In this document: positions 1 to 13,700 of the stretch, one piece after another
Numbering within the stretch: position 1 is the first letter of the stretch
Layout: each line of letters begins with the position of its first letter
Source: Balanoglossus misakiensis
Lineage: Eukaryota; Animalia; Hemichordata
Assembly (NCBI GenBank): GCA_040954595.2
Contig: CM082583.2
Span: forward strand, 8,790,254-8,854,253
Length of the DNA stretch: 64,000 bases
Direction of reading: 5' to 3'
Program-made: the position numbers and the translations under genes
Notes under the pieces: model-generated
Told to the model about the DNA's origin: nothing
Database searches by the model: none
The model's input: only the letters and a program-made list of their open reading frames with translations

Positions 1-597
1 CACGTGTTGTTACCAGTAATTTAAATATTGAGCTCCCATGTCAAGGATCAGAAAAATGGCCAATCGGAGTAATCAACTGTGAGATCAACCAATCGGATTT
101 CGTATCTGTAAATTGAAGTTTCCCTAATAACTGCGCCTTTCCCCTTTGCTAACTGACGGAACTTCATGACCTCTGCGCACTAAACTACCACACGCAAGTG
201 TCAACAGTTGTCTGAAGATGGCTAACCGCCTTTGTAGTGAATGTATACTGAAATCTATACAGTATTTTACAGAGGCTGTTCGACATATTCAGGCACCTGT
301 GGTTCTGTCCAAGTCAACAGCACATTGTACTTTCGCCACTGATGGCGCTGTTGTATTGCCGAATGACTGGTACGGGGATGGGTCCTATCTCTTGGCAGAG
401 TACGGGTTTGAATATTGGCAATTTCACTTCTAGAAGAGGATGTAGTTCTCATTACATAAATGTGTATACATGTACCAACCCCTGTACTGGATTGGACGTG
501 GGTGTGAATTCTGACGGCAGTGACAACTGCTAGCACTGGTTGAGAGTGGGATGCAATGATGAACACGAGAAAGAGTGTACACAAATTTATGATGTTC

Positions 598-603
598 TTT
601 ATT
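598..603 (-). terminator. Candidate PPIB polyadenylation signal
   Basis: AATAAA on the minus strand ~360 nt after the stop codon. Confidence 0.45.
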
Positions 604-961
604 GTCAATACTTTGCATAGAAAAGTGATCGTATCTGGACAAGTGAAAAGGTCTTGAACATTATTATACTCGCAACTTTGGCCTTCAAGAGTGGACTTTT
701 ACAAGTTTCTCCAAAGTTTTTTTAAAATTTCAACTCAAACCTTTGAACTTTTCCTCTGCATGTTGGAAGAGCAACACGATTGTGTATACTGTACATCATG
801 GGACAATACTATTAAACTTGCACAAAACTAGCGTAACACAAAAATGTGTAAGCAAATGGGAAACTGGTAAAAAAAATCAACCTCAGACGAAACAAAAAAA
901 GAAACACAGAAATGCTACAAGTTCATATTTTTTTTATTTTGCATTTTTTTGTCATATTGCT

Positions 962-2826
962 TTATTCTTGAGCTGGCTCTTTATCGACAGCGAACGCTTT
1001 GTCAACTGGAAGGGTTCCGGAATCGGCAATGACACAGTCCTTTTTGGGAGTGGAACCGGACACTCCAGTGTTTTCCAGCTTGCGTACTACATCCTGAGGA
1101 AAGAAAAGACAACATGGGTTGAATCGGGCTGGTTTCATAAGAACTTTTTCTGGAAGTGTATGACATCTGCCGTGTATCAGAGTATCATGGATTCCTTCAG
1201 TAGACGCTGTTAACGATGAAGACAGGCAAGAGAATAAAAAGTGCAAAAACATCACTGAGAGAGATACTAACCATTCCTTCAAGTACTTTTCCAAAGACAA
1301 CATGCTTTCCATCCAGCCATGGTGTCTTGACAGTGGTGATGAAGAACTGTGATCCGTTGGTGTTTTTGCCAGCGTTGGCCATGCTCAACCAGCCGGCACC
1401 ATAGTGCTTCAGTTTGAAGTTCTCATCTTCGAAACGGTCGCCATAGATACTACGGCCTGCAAAGACATTCCCAGAATAATTATAATCGGTTACTGCCGCC
1501 ATATCATCCAAAATCTCAAAGACAGAAATATTGTATGCAGTGAACTTCCCCTGGGGATAGAAGATACAAGTGTTGTGTACACTTACCTCCAGTACCATCA
1601 CCTCGGGTGAAATCGCCACCTTGAATCATAAAATCTTTGATAATTCTATGAAATTTGCTGCCTTTGTATCCTTTGCCTACTTCCTGAGAAAAACAAATGT
1701 GTACATAGTCAATGACTGCATGAGTGTGTGGTCAGTGCAGAAAGAGGATACATCATGATGATTAATCATGTGTTGTCTACCCTTGGCTCAATTCAAAACC
1801 CTTTTCTTCCCTTAAATCGTATCAGACGTCAAACTATGCAAAACTACATTCTTACCTCTTCCTTTGAAAGTTCTACAAAATTCTTGACAGTTTTGGGCAC
1901 AGTTTTACCAAATAATCCAATGACAACACGTCCTAGCTTCTCCCCACCTATTTCTATATCGAAATACACCTGGAAGAAACAAAAACACGGTACACAAAAC
2001 ATTCTAAATGTGTGTGCTTGATGTTGCTTGTTAAAATCAATCATCAATCAATCGGTCAGTCAGTCAATGACTCGATCTTCTCCGGAATAAGGATGAAGCC
2101 AAACAAGTTTTGAGCATATGTTGCTCAATATTCGTGTTCCCACGCTTGGATAATCGTACATGTACTGGTATTTAAAGTAGTCGTGTTGTGTACCCCGTGA
2201 CCCGGGTATCAGCAGCGAGGCCAACTTTTTCGCCATATGCTTCATTTGCTTGATTACTAATCGCGTGGTCCTCCAACTTTGAGGTTTCACGGGCAGTTTT
2301 CAAAGCTTATGTAGTTGGATCATTAAGTCTATGTTTACACGGACTCCACCGAGCTTAGTCAAGCCGCGTTTCCTAGGATCGCGATTTCATTGTTGACTTG
2401 TTGGGGGGGGGGGGGGGGATAACAACACACTTCAATCAAAGTTGTCCAGGGCCCCGGCCAAACTGAGCTGAGCGTGATCGCAAAATTCACAATTAATTAT
2501 AGCGACAGGACACTTTCCTACGACCATGACCGGATGCTCTCATTATTTGAAAACGTATCCACAAGCGTCTGATCTCGCCGCACCGGCTGGTCGCCGTCTG
2601 GGACCCAGGTCAGGTCTGAACTGATACACGTTGATTTTCACCTACAGTTCATAGCTAAAATTTTCTTGCTCGACATCAACGATTTACTTACCTTATCTGT
2701 GACTTTTGGTCCTTTGCTACTGTCGCCTGCATTGGCTGGAATGAGGAAATATGTAAGCCCTAGAAGAAGGACCGAAATTAAAGCCAACAGCTTCATGTTT
2801 CGACGTAGGAACGACCACAACGACAT
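962..2826 (-). CDS. PPIB: Cyclophilin B (ER peptidyl-prolyl cis-trans isomerase B), 5 exons, ~220 aa
   Basis: complement(join(962..1093,1272..1456,1587..1683,1856..1969,2692..2826)); all introns GT-AG and in phase; 663 nt. The signal peptide [23 protein letters not shown] is preceded by ..RRN, like human ..ERNMKVLL. Cyclophilin core motifs: [61 protein letters not shown]. Exon sizes 135/114/97/185 are close to the human PPIB layout as I recall it. Alternative ATGs at 2796 and 2856. Confidence 0.96.
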
Positions 2827-2886
2827 ATACCAGTGCAAAGGCAGATCCTTTTTCATCGAATCCACAGTTCCTCATATGTGGCCACG

Positions 2887-2974
2887 TTTATATGCTCTGA
2901 TTGGTCGATTTCGTGAGTTAACCTTTGAACTCTCCGCACAGCAACGCAGCCAGCCCGGTAGACGTATGCATTGG
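2887..2974 (-). promoter_or_regulatory. Putative PPIB core promoter (TATA plus CCAAT boxes)
   Basis: Minus-strand TATAAA at 2887-2892 and CCAAT at 2900-2904 and 2970-2974, just upstream of the start codon in CpG-rich sequence. Confidence 0.5.
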
Positions 2975-4549
2975 AAGAAACGGTAGCGTTTAGTCACTTT
3001 AATAAACCTTATTTACAACACTCTGGCTAACATCCCCGAAAACACATGTAGGAGAAAGATGTCTTTTCTGGAAAGGAATTACACTAAGATCAAACACATG
3101 GAAATAGAAACGACGTACTACTAGTAAAACACTGAGACTAGCGCCACCTTTCTGATTAGATATTATTTATTTCGTTTTTTCAACATCGAAAGATACTGGT
3201 ACAGAGAACACGAAAAGCCTCACAACCAAACTTATTCTATGCCCAACAATGAACGGATTGGACATCACATGTACATATTTATGACCGCTTTTTTCAATCA
3301 AATAAAAAATATCGATAATAGTTTACAGTTATATTTGCTATTCTTAATGAGGCCGTTGTACAGTCTGCGTCATCCACTGAGTTTTTGGACCAGGGCCTGA
3401 GCTATTTCTTCAGGGTCTATTCTGGCAAAATGAAAATTGTTTGTTCTGAAGAAAGTATATTATATATTTGACTACACCAATAAATTCGACTGATTTTGTA
3501 AAATTACAGCTCTTTTCACTTGCCCAGTGGATGGGCAATCTGAACGGTATTGGTCCATTTTGTTGATAATAAAAGCACTTTTCATTGAAGTTGGGACCAT
3601 GGATTTGGGATCATTTGCAAGCCCGTCGCTGTAACTTTTCAAAGTGGATAGGTGGTAGGGGATTGAATGTCCATGGACTTTATATCAAGTCGTGCAAAAG
3701 TGTTTGAATTTGATGTGGATGGAGAGCATAGGAGTGGCGTTTGCGCAGTCTGAACGCGATCCGGGTACTTGCGAGGATATCGCGTTCATGGGAAATGTCT
3801 TACTCGGGACAGGTGCCGGGGCACTGTGCATTTAGGCCTATATCGGGGCCGGGCAATCAATATACCCTTTGTCTTAGATGTACTGTCTACTTCCTGTAGT
3901 ACAAGTCGGAATTCGAACGAACCCAACTTTCCAATGCAGTGTGTTCAGAGGCACACATCATGATGCCAAAGAAATGAAGCCTTCTGATATTAATTGAACA
4001 CGTAACGCCAGAATTGGCGACAGGACCGTCATCCATGATGTCCATATTGTAAAATAATGTTTGCTCCAAATGTTAGAATACTTTAGTCTTGTATAGGGCG
4101 TAAGTTCTGTTTATCTTTCCGGGTGAAGTTTGTGAGAAAACTCCTGCAACTTTTTTTCTGAACATAAAAGTTTTCTTGAGTACTTAGGCTACATGTTGAC
4201 GCAATTCAGTTTGAGCCCGAAGATGTTTCGTGTTTAAAATATAGAAATGAACAAAATTTTGCGTTGGAAAGTTGTGAATTCTACTAAAAAGATAACCTTA
4301 GGCCTATATTATGACTTTCAGGTCTAACCACGGTCCATGGCCTACTTTATACATGTAGTAACATAAATTCTGTTTTGCGTGCGGCAGCACAGCACCGGCT
4401 TTGCGTAACCTCATTTCTCCTTTTGTCTTGCAGTTCTATTCACGGGTAGCGTGGCTATTGTTATCCACTACAAACAAACCGTTTGGCAACTTAATGGCAC
4501 CGGTCCCGCTATTTCTTGCCCAAGCAACAAGGACAAAATCACCGAATAT

Positions 4550-4635
4550 TGAACGTGACGCGTGCATAGCGCGCCTGCAATGCGAAAATATATAACTTTC
4601 TAAACTGGGCATGCGCCAAGGGAACTTCCGGGTGG
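4550..4635 (+). promoter_or_regulatory. Putative ARRDC proximal promoter motifs
   Basis: RCGTG cores at 4553 and 4560, a TATA-like ATATATAA at ~4588, and kappaB-consensus GGGAACTTCC at 4620-4629 overlapping ETS-like CTTCCGG; CpG-rich. Confidence 0.35.
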
Positions 4636-4756
4636 GCTGATCATCATCGAACGACTGACTACTGAACAGCAGAGCTTGGAAAGCGAAATTCACCGTGTGC
4701 CGCGATCTCGCAGCATTTGCGGCGGATCTGTGGCATCCTTTTTCCGGAACGCAACG

Positions 4757-7700
4757 ATGATGGGGAAACTGAAAGACTTTCGCGTCGTTCTGGACAACAA
4801 CAAGACGGTTTACTCGTCGGGAGAGCACGTATCCGGCGTCTGTATTGTGGATCTCCGAAATGATATGAAACTACGAGGAATACGGATGTATATGCGAGGT
4901 CTTGCGAAGGTAAAGGCTAAAGCATCTCTGTTGTTGTTTTTACCGTCAACAGCAACGCATGCGTGTATTTACCCGATAATTGCATTGATTTTCAGTCAGT
5001 GGTGTTGATGTTGCTACTGCATTTGAACTGTACGACCGTAAATGATGCAGTGTTTATAAAAATGACGAAATTTTCTGTTTTCCCTGTATGTCAATATGTC
5101 TGTCGAAGATGGATTGAACCCAGCTGAGGTTCACTCGCGCCTATGGTGAACGCCCTGGGATGATTTTCATACAATATATTCAATTTAACACACTTTTTAA
5201 CACAGCAAATGGTAAAATATAAAAGATACACAAAAAGAGTTCGTCCGCGGAAACTACTATAAATATTACAAATGGCATTTCTAGCGGAACAATAATAAAC
5301 AACTATATAAACATATCGTTTGTTATGTATGTAACCATGAATGAACCTGTAGTTATGGGGTGAGAATGTTAACGTTCATTAACAACACTTTCACTTATGA
5401 ATATCATTTTGTAATTTGACATACTTGTTATTTTGTATGCGTTATTGTCTTATTCACTTATTGGGATGGGGCACTTCTCGCATCTCTGCGAATTTCCAAG
5501 AATGCAGGACGCATGCGCGCTTATGCATTCAAAGAAATGCACATATATATGGGTCACCCTGGGTGAAACACGTCTTTGCTAATAAATGGGATTGTGTAAG
5601 AATCATACAGAACTGATGAAAGCAGACCCCCCCCCCCCCTGAAATAGAGAATGCAGTTCTTCATACCTTTGCTATCATATGTCTGTCTCAATAAATGAAG
5701 CATTTGGACAAAAGAGTTATGTGAATATGGAGGAGTTCAAGGTGTTATAATGTGTTGCCCTTGGATACTGCTTGTGTTCTAACCAAAAGACAACAGGCAC
5801 AGTCTGAGACCAAAGATTTTTGGAGGAAATGATTAAAACTAACTGTTAATGGGTCTACTGTTGGAAAGTTGATTTACTTGATGTCCCAATGCGTTTGTTT
5901 TGAATATTGGTATGCTCAAACCATTCATTGTATTTCTGAAGGACAGTTATAGTAAAGTGATCCATTGATGATAATAATGCCTGCAGTTCAGATACTGCCT
6001 GTTGTGTTGACCCCGTAGTTGGTGTGTGTTTGACTGGGGTTAACAAGTTACACTCAGGACGCAGTGTGATTTATTGTTGAAAATCTGTTCAGTGCAGAAA
6101 GGAAAAGTAAACACGGTTCACACAGGAATCAATCATGAATGATTCCTTGGTGGTGCAGATCGTATTCATTGTAAAGTTTAGAGCATGATATTTGTTGCGC
6201 CCCCCATATCGCAGACTTTAGTATCATTATCACGCTCTTCAATGATACCACAATCTTCATAGATACCAGTGTGGTAGTTATGTACATGACACTTCAGATT
6301 ACTTAGGGCATACAAAAGCATGGCTAAACGTGACCCAGTTCAAGCTATATGTCAGAACATTATATTGAGGGTTGTTTATAATATGTGTGGACATCTGGCT
6401 ATCTGCTGCACATCAAAAGTCCTGCATGTATTGGACAATTTTATGTTCTCATAAGTTGTGTATTAGCATACTGATATCATATTTTTATGTGTTATACATG
6501 TACATGCAAAGTCATAAGACTGGATAAAAGAAATTTGTGAAAAAAATCCTGAAATTGTTTTTTTTTAATTATTTAGGAGCTGCCGTTATGAAACCAATTC
6601 AAATGATATGTGGAAATGATACCAGTACATTTTCAGTAACGAATGAGTTCTGATTATTAGTTTATCATTTATACTGGGCTGTGTATATCATACAATCACG
6701 GTGTCTGTCTTTTGCTACAGAAACCCAAGCAACATGTGAATGAAAGCAGCTCTTTATAAATGTAATCCAGACATCCTTTGATCCTTGTTTGTACAAGTAA
6801 ATGTGCCTGTCCAGTGCACAACATGCTGGTTTGAAGTTTTGTTTGGATTTTAAAGAACAATCGTAATTCATATGCCAGCACTTGCAATTCTGCCTGTCTG
6901 TCTGATTTCATTGCATGGTCACATGATTGCCGTTAAAATGTAGTATTTAATAATGTTCACATTTGCCATCACTCATGTACATCATTTCTACTGCAAAATC
7001 GAAAGATCTCTCCCATCCCATAAAATATCCTGCTGCCATGGCAACTCGGAAGAACACTGACAACTGTGGTGTTGATAGGAGGCCTGTTTGCCACGCGCAT
7101 CAGTAATAGATTTAAGCAGCAGGTTGTCCTAATGGCTATTTTATTCGGATTTTATTATTTGAAATGTCATGGTTGTAGTTTGTGTGGTTCAAATATAAAT
7201 GTTGTTGTGCACCTTACAAATTCTTTTTTATTCTCACATACTCTATTGGTTTGTTGTAATCAGTTATCAAGATTACAGTCTGAATGTCACTGCTATAAAT
7301 AACTGACTTCATAATTAGCTATTTGGTGTGATAATGATAGTCGTGCATGTTCTAGATTAGCTTTTTATACAGTGTGTTTGTTATGACATTACCAGGCACG
7401 GCGACATAAATGTAATTAGTGTTAATTTACAAAGTTTGTTTCAACTGAAGCAAAGAAGTCCATATAGTGCCTTTTGGTAAAGCTTGTTCGCTAGTTAGTT
7501 TTAAAAAAGCAAGTTTCTTTTTTAAACTCATTATCTTTATTCATGTGTCCAAATTCTGCCCCAGTGTTTCTATTGTAGCTGACTTTTGAGTTTTCACACG
7601 TTCTCTTGGCAAAATGATTCTATTTCTGTTGCTTGGTTGAGATGTCATTTATCGATCTGTCCAGTAATGTTTATTTTGAGTGAATGCACTTGTATATATT

Positions 7701-10700
7701 GTACTCTTTAGAATTTTGTGTTGACAAGCTGAATAGTGGGTGGGTGTTTCCACATGCTTCTGTCTGAACAGAATAATTATATAAAAAGCTGGTTGATATT
7801 ATTAAAACAGAACAAAGGCTCTGGAGGCTTATTAAAGTGATAACAACTAACCCCTTTGTAGCAATTGTACGTGGAGATATTAATCCTGTATCACAGGGTT
7901 TGGTAGCATAGCAACAGGCAGGTCCAGCATAAGCACAATGAGTACATCTAGCACTGGGGATAAGTAACAGTGAAGCCTAGTGTTAGCACTGTGCTAGCTG
8001 TCTAGGGGTTAGAGTTCACTCTTTGATTTACATGTACACCCTGCTGCCTATGTTCTCCATTTGACTCCTTATAATACCCACAATGCAGCGTGATTTCCAA
8101 TATGGCTGAAACTCATCTCTTGCTTGTAATGGAAAATAAAATGCCTACAGGAATGAAAAGTAAACTGAGAATATAGACAGCTTTGTCAGGTACACGCATT
8201 CTCAACACCTACTAGAGTCACATACTGCAGTTTCAGGAAATTGCCTTTATTCTGGGAAATTAGGGATTATACAATTGTGTAATTTCATCGTACCCATCCG
8301 CCTTGCAAAGTGAAATTGATTACTTTTTCCTGAGATTGTGATGTAGACATGGTGATAGTGATTCGTTTGTGGTAAGATCCTTCTATATTCTGCTGGGTTT
8401 TTTGTCCAGGGATTATCAGTTTGGCTCGTTTGAGCACCTGTACATGTACATTGTAGGTGTTGAAAACACTCTTGCGAGCGTAATTGAGTTAATTTCAGCA
8501 GAAAATTAGATTTAGGGAAGCTGCGCTGCACTGGGTGTGTACAGAAGCCGACTAATCTTTGGCTCTGAATGGCGTGATGTTAAAGGGTAATGCAATCAAG
8601 AACTGGGATGGCAATGCCGTGATTTCTCGCCTGCCCCCAGGGGTGGTATCCATGATGTATGACTCTCCCCCCCCCCCTCCCCAGGGTGGTGGTGTAGATG
8701 GCTGTCATATTGATGATGCCTGAGTGACAGGTGAGGGCTTCGTCATCCTCTGCGTCAGGATTGTCTGCCCTTGGGGCACGCTGCATTTGTGCTAGTTGTG
8801 ATATGCTGCCAGAGATTCATGTTATGTGATACTAGTGTTAGTAATAAATCTTGAGTTATTGACTGAGTCAACTCAGAGAACCAATATGATGCAGTTAGCC
8901 GAACTTGTACAGTAAGAATATTCAAAACTATTTTTGCGGTACTGGTAATTATTTTTAACAGTAATTAAGATACAGATTGTTATCACTTTGTTTCTTATAC
9001 TGTTCTTCACAGCAAATGTCTGTATTTCTGTGTGAGATTTCATCTAATTTTAAGTTTTTTAAGCCAGGATGATATTAGTCACACAAGTTATAATTATGTT
9101 TCGTATATGAACACAGCAGCTGCTAACAAAATTTGTAAATAGTTTTTGCTGGAAGTGAACGTTAAATATATGCCAATCGTCTGAGTAGTAAAAGTTCATT
9201 ACCCTGTGATAAAAGCCAGGTTTCTGGGGAAAAAAATCAGACAAGCTGTCACCCAAAGGCATGACAACTGAAGAGAATAAGACTTTGAGAAAGTTCTGCC
9301 TATTACTTAGTGTACCCTGTCAGTCTTGAACAGCTGCAATTTATTCCTCACAGCTATATATATGTACAAGAGGACATGTAGAGCAATGAGAAATCACATT
9401 TAACTTGTACAAGTAGTTTTAAAATAGAATTTAATGGGGACTGAAATGCATGATGGCGTGTGGCATGTGGGCTGACTGACTGTACGTTGCCATTAAATAT
9501 TGATGAGTGAAGCACTGTGAAATTACCTGATGGACTACCTCGACGTGTATGCCCAGCCTCTGTAAGTTGTTTATACGCTGACTGGGGTGGAATGACATTT
9601 TCCATGAGCGACAATAAACCTGCATTGCTTTGGTTAATAAATTCTCGTCTCGTTTGCAAAGGATGATTCTAAAAGGAAAAGGCCTGCATTTGCAGACATA
9701 AACACCGCAATAAAGTGGTCTGCGGAGGCATTCCGGGGTCATCCCTGGAGTTTGTTTTCTCAAGAGGTCGTCTTTGGCTAACTCTAGTAGGAAAAAAATC
9801 TGCATTTTATGGGAATTCAATGAATCGGCCATTTTCTTGGCTGTCATCCTAGGGGCTGTCATGTTCCCCGGTAAAGCATTAACCCCATTGAAACTGGAGT
9901 AGGCCAACTTTTGTAGAACACTGCAGACTTGAAGCTGTCACTCAGCTTGTAAAGGTTGGATCCAAGCATGACATGCATTCAGAATGAGATTTAATAGCAT
10001 TGAGATAAATTTAGAATTCATTTTTACAAACTGATACATATTTTCATAGACAAGCCAGAAGTTCATGTGCTTATAGAGCTTGTACGTGTAATCACTGAAA
10101 AAAGACAGACTACAGTGCATCTCATCTTTTGTTTCTAACTAACACTGAACAGTACATGTTACAATCAAGGATCAAAGGCCCTAGCCAGTGGGCACTGTGC
10201 TTGCCCAAGCCTGTGTAAATATTTAATTTCTTCTCAGGCCCTACTGTTTTATGCATGTATGTTATTGAAACATGATGAAATATGAATGGTGCCTGCATTG
10301 TACCTGTACAATTGGGATTAACCGGAGGGAAGCAATTAGCCCTACAAGTACCAGTGCATAATGAGTTTCATATTTAATTATGTTATATAAACAACTTGCA
10401 TAGACTTAAAGCCAATAATTAATGAATTTGAACAAGAAACTGCAGTAGACATACTGAAAATATACCTAATACAAAATATCAATAACTAAATATTTTTTTG
10501 TAATATAATACAATGTAACTGACAGCAGCAGTCCAGCTCTATCACATGCCATTGTTCTGCAGAAATTAAAATTCATTTCAGTGTACACGTAATGGTGCAA
10601 CCTTCAAAATGTCAAATGTAGCCAATTGATGCAGGAAAATATTCATCAAATCTAATGACCATAATCTGAGAAAATTATTAGTGTGTGAGTTGTGGAAAGG

Positions 10701-13700
10701 TCAGTGACCCTATTGACAGTTGCCATGGCAATTGAAGAAACACGAAGTATCTTTAATAATAATAACTTAAGTAACCACTGGTGAAAGGCAGTAAGCAGAA
10801 GTGCAGGAGGTTATTTTGGAAATAACAGAAAATGTTGTAAGAGCACAATAATATAGATTATATATGATGAGCAGAAGTGGAGTAAACAGTCCCACCTGTT
10901 CCAAGTCAAAGGTGCCTGACCTTCTGACCTATGGTACAGTAAAAGTACATGCAGTGTAATATATTCTTGCGGAAGATTTTCTTTGTACATCTCGGTTGGA
11001 CTACCAAAAAATGCCACTTTTGAACTATCAGGCAAATATGCAGTCAGTGAAGCACCACTGCACATTATGACAACAGTGTGAGATTTATTATGCTATGATA
11101 GGCACCAGAATGAATCCATTAAAATTGTCTATAAATCAGGGAATGTTTGTCTTCGCAGCTGCCGGCTTCACCATGGCTTGAAGTGCTCGCAGTGTTCTGG
11201 TCTGTAACACTGGCAATAATAAAAATTCAATTTATAGATTTGTAATAAAGAGCTGTTGAATATGTGTTACATCGATGGTACTTGAGTGTAAAATCTAAAT
11301 ATCTGACGCTGTTTTGTATGCTCTGAGACAAGGTCAGTATATGTGCAGGCGTAATGGGGGATACTTGTAAGATGTTCTCAAGGTTTCCTTTTTGACACAT
11401 GACAGTGCATGGGACCTTAGAAATGCACATGAGGCACATGACCTCAGCATGACCTCATAATGTACATCGCAGTTGTACATATCGTGATATTTTTGCAGTG
11501 TTGTTGATACATGTACTAAAAGTTCAGTCAAAGCTAAAAACATTGAAGGTCCTCAACTACAAAAAATCTAGATGTGAATTCATACAGTGGTCAGGCAATG
11601 GTCAGTGTGTTTTCGATTAACATTCTTCAAATAGTCATCTCCATCTTGTCTCTGTCATAAAAATCGTGGTAGCAAAGTCTTCTGCCAGTGTAGTACATGT
11701 AGTTGTTTTGGTGTGTTTGTGACCTCATGTGAACTCGTTTTGTAAGATTACACTTGGTTCAGTCTTAACAGAGAGAATTGGGTGCATACATTGCATGCTA
11801 TATTCTGCATGTACATGCATTTGCGTATGGCAACTGTACAGATCCAGGGTGTTGAATTGGCATAATTATTGCTAATGGTGTTCTGTTAATTAACTCGATT
11901 ACACACTTCAATGTGTGTAGAAAATTAAAACTGTAAAGTCCGTCTTTGGTTGCCGAATAACTATACTACCAATAAATAATTTGAATATATATTGGACGAC
12001 ATCATATGCATTAACGCCAGCCATTCCATTTCTCAGACAATGCCAGCCAACGTATGTTTACATTTTCTAATCAGAATTAGATTGAATTTGTGACTTGGAT
12101 GATTTTTTGTGCAGTTGATGGATAATTACAATGTAGATGAGGCAAAATATTGGGTTGAGTTTTTCTTCTCCGTGTTGTTTACTTCCCAACAAATTAGTTG
12201 TACAATGCATGTGCATGTACCACTCAGCCTTGAACCTGAGATGTGCAAGTCACATTCAATGAGCCTATCAATGAATATTATTCTTCATGTCCTTGCGGGA
12301 GTGTGTAACAAGCGTAAATACGACTGCTTCGCTCACAGCCAGATATAAAATACCATATGGTGAGGAGCTTTTTCGCCAGATAGGGAAAAATTGAGGGTAC
12401 TTCGTGGATATTGGCCTAATTATAGAACAAGCACTCCTGCATAAGAACTGAGAGTACAAAAATGTAGAGACAGCAAGTGGGTGAAATAAATACGAAATCA
12501 GCTTTCTCAAATATAACCAGTTGATAATCTTTTTCTTCTTTGTCTCTTATAGGTTCACTGGACAGAACAGAGAGGTATCAGTTCCACAGGAGCTTACACA
12601 CAGAAATACATTGCAGAAGAAGAATACTTTTACATGCAGCAAACACTTTTTGGCAAAGGTATTTGTGAACTTTAATTAAGGGTTGCTTTGAAATGATAGG
12701 TGGCGATATCAAATGTTTTTCTGCATGGTCCATGGGGATAGGTGGTGTGCCAGTAAAGGTTACTTTGCCACTGTACAGTAGCTGTCAGCGTATTCTCATT
12801 TTTATTTGCCAACGTTGATACTCTCCGGTTAGTAATTTTGCATCAAGACAAATTGCTGATGTTATTTCCATGTTTGTGAGTAACGCACAGGAGTGTTCGG
12901 CTGGTATTACAGAAAAAAAATATATGTCTGCATCAACGGGACAATACCGGTGTTTGATCAATGCAAATGAAGTCATTGAAGTGCGGATGTAGTGACATTC
13001 CTCATCAGAAGTGTTTTTCCAAGTCCACAATAGAACGCGGCAAAGTTGCCAGAATTGTCCACTGGGCGAACTCGGCAGATAATTGGCGTAATTGCCGAGA
13101 GAGCGTTTTTCAATATTCAGCTTTGATTTCCCAGTTGCAAGACACATTTCCCAACAAGGCTACCTGCAGAGTAATAGGTTGGCTCTGTTTGGTTCCATTT
13201 CGAGTCGCAGACATTGTAATGGAGTAGCTCCTGCAGCTTGCTTCATATTTGAATTGTTCCCATGGTGATTTGGCGATTCAACTCTGGGTCATTTCTGGGC
13301 TAACCCAAAGCCAGTCAGAGTCTGGGTAGGCCAGTTTAGCACTGCGTTATCACGTCTCATTAGCATACAAATATATAAACAGTGGCACAGTCTTCTAAAA
13401 CAATACTAGAAATTTCTGTCATTCAGTAGTGCTAGTTATGAGAAGAGAGAGGTGGACAGTGAAAGAGAGAGTGTCACATTGACAAGTTACATGTACTTGT
13501 CCCCAATCTTCAATTTTGCAACACTATACATGAGACCTTACCCTCTTACCGTTATGTTTGGTTTTCAGAAGAAAATGAGGAAGGAGCAAATCCAATACTG
13601 AGAGTGGGAAGACATGAACTGCCATTTAGGTTTCAGATACCAATAGGGTAAGTAGTGTAGCCATACAGGTATATTTATTGTATGCTCATGCCTTTATCAG

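Noticed and set aside
2882-2904. ER-stress element (ERSE) in the PPIB promoter
   Set aside because: CCACG and CCAAT are both present, but orientation and spacing fit neither CCAAT-N9-CCACG nor ATTGG-N-CCACG.
4400-4760. MondoA/ChREBP ChoRE as in TXNIP and ARRDC4 promoters
   Set aside because: I found no pair of E-box-like hexamers separated by 5 bp in the proximal promoter.
9354-9907. 101-aa and 158-aa antisense ORFs in ARRDC intron 1
   Set aside because: No domain signature and composition typical of chance ORFs.
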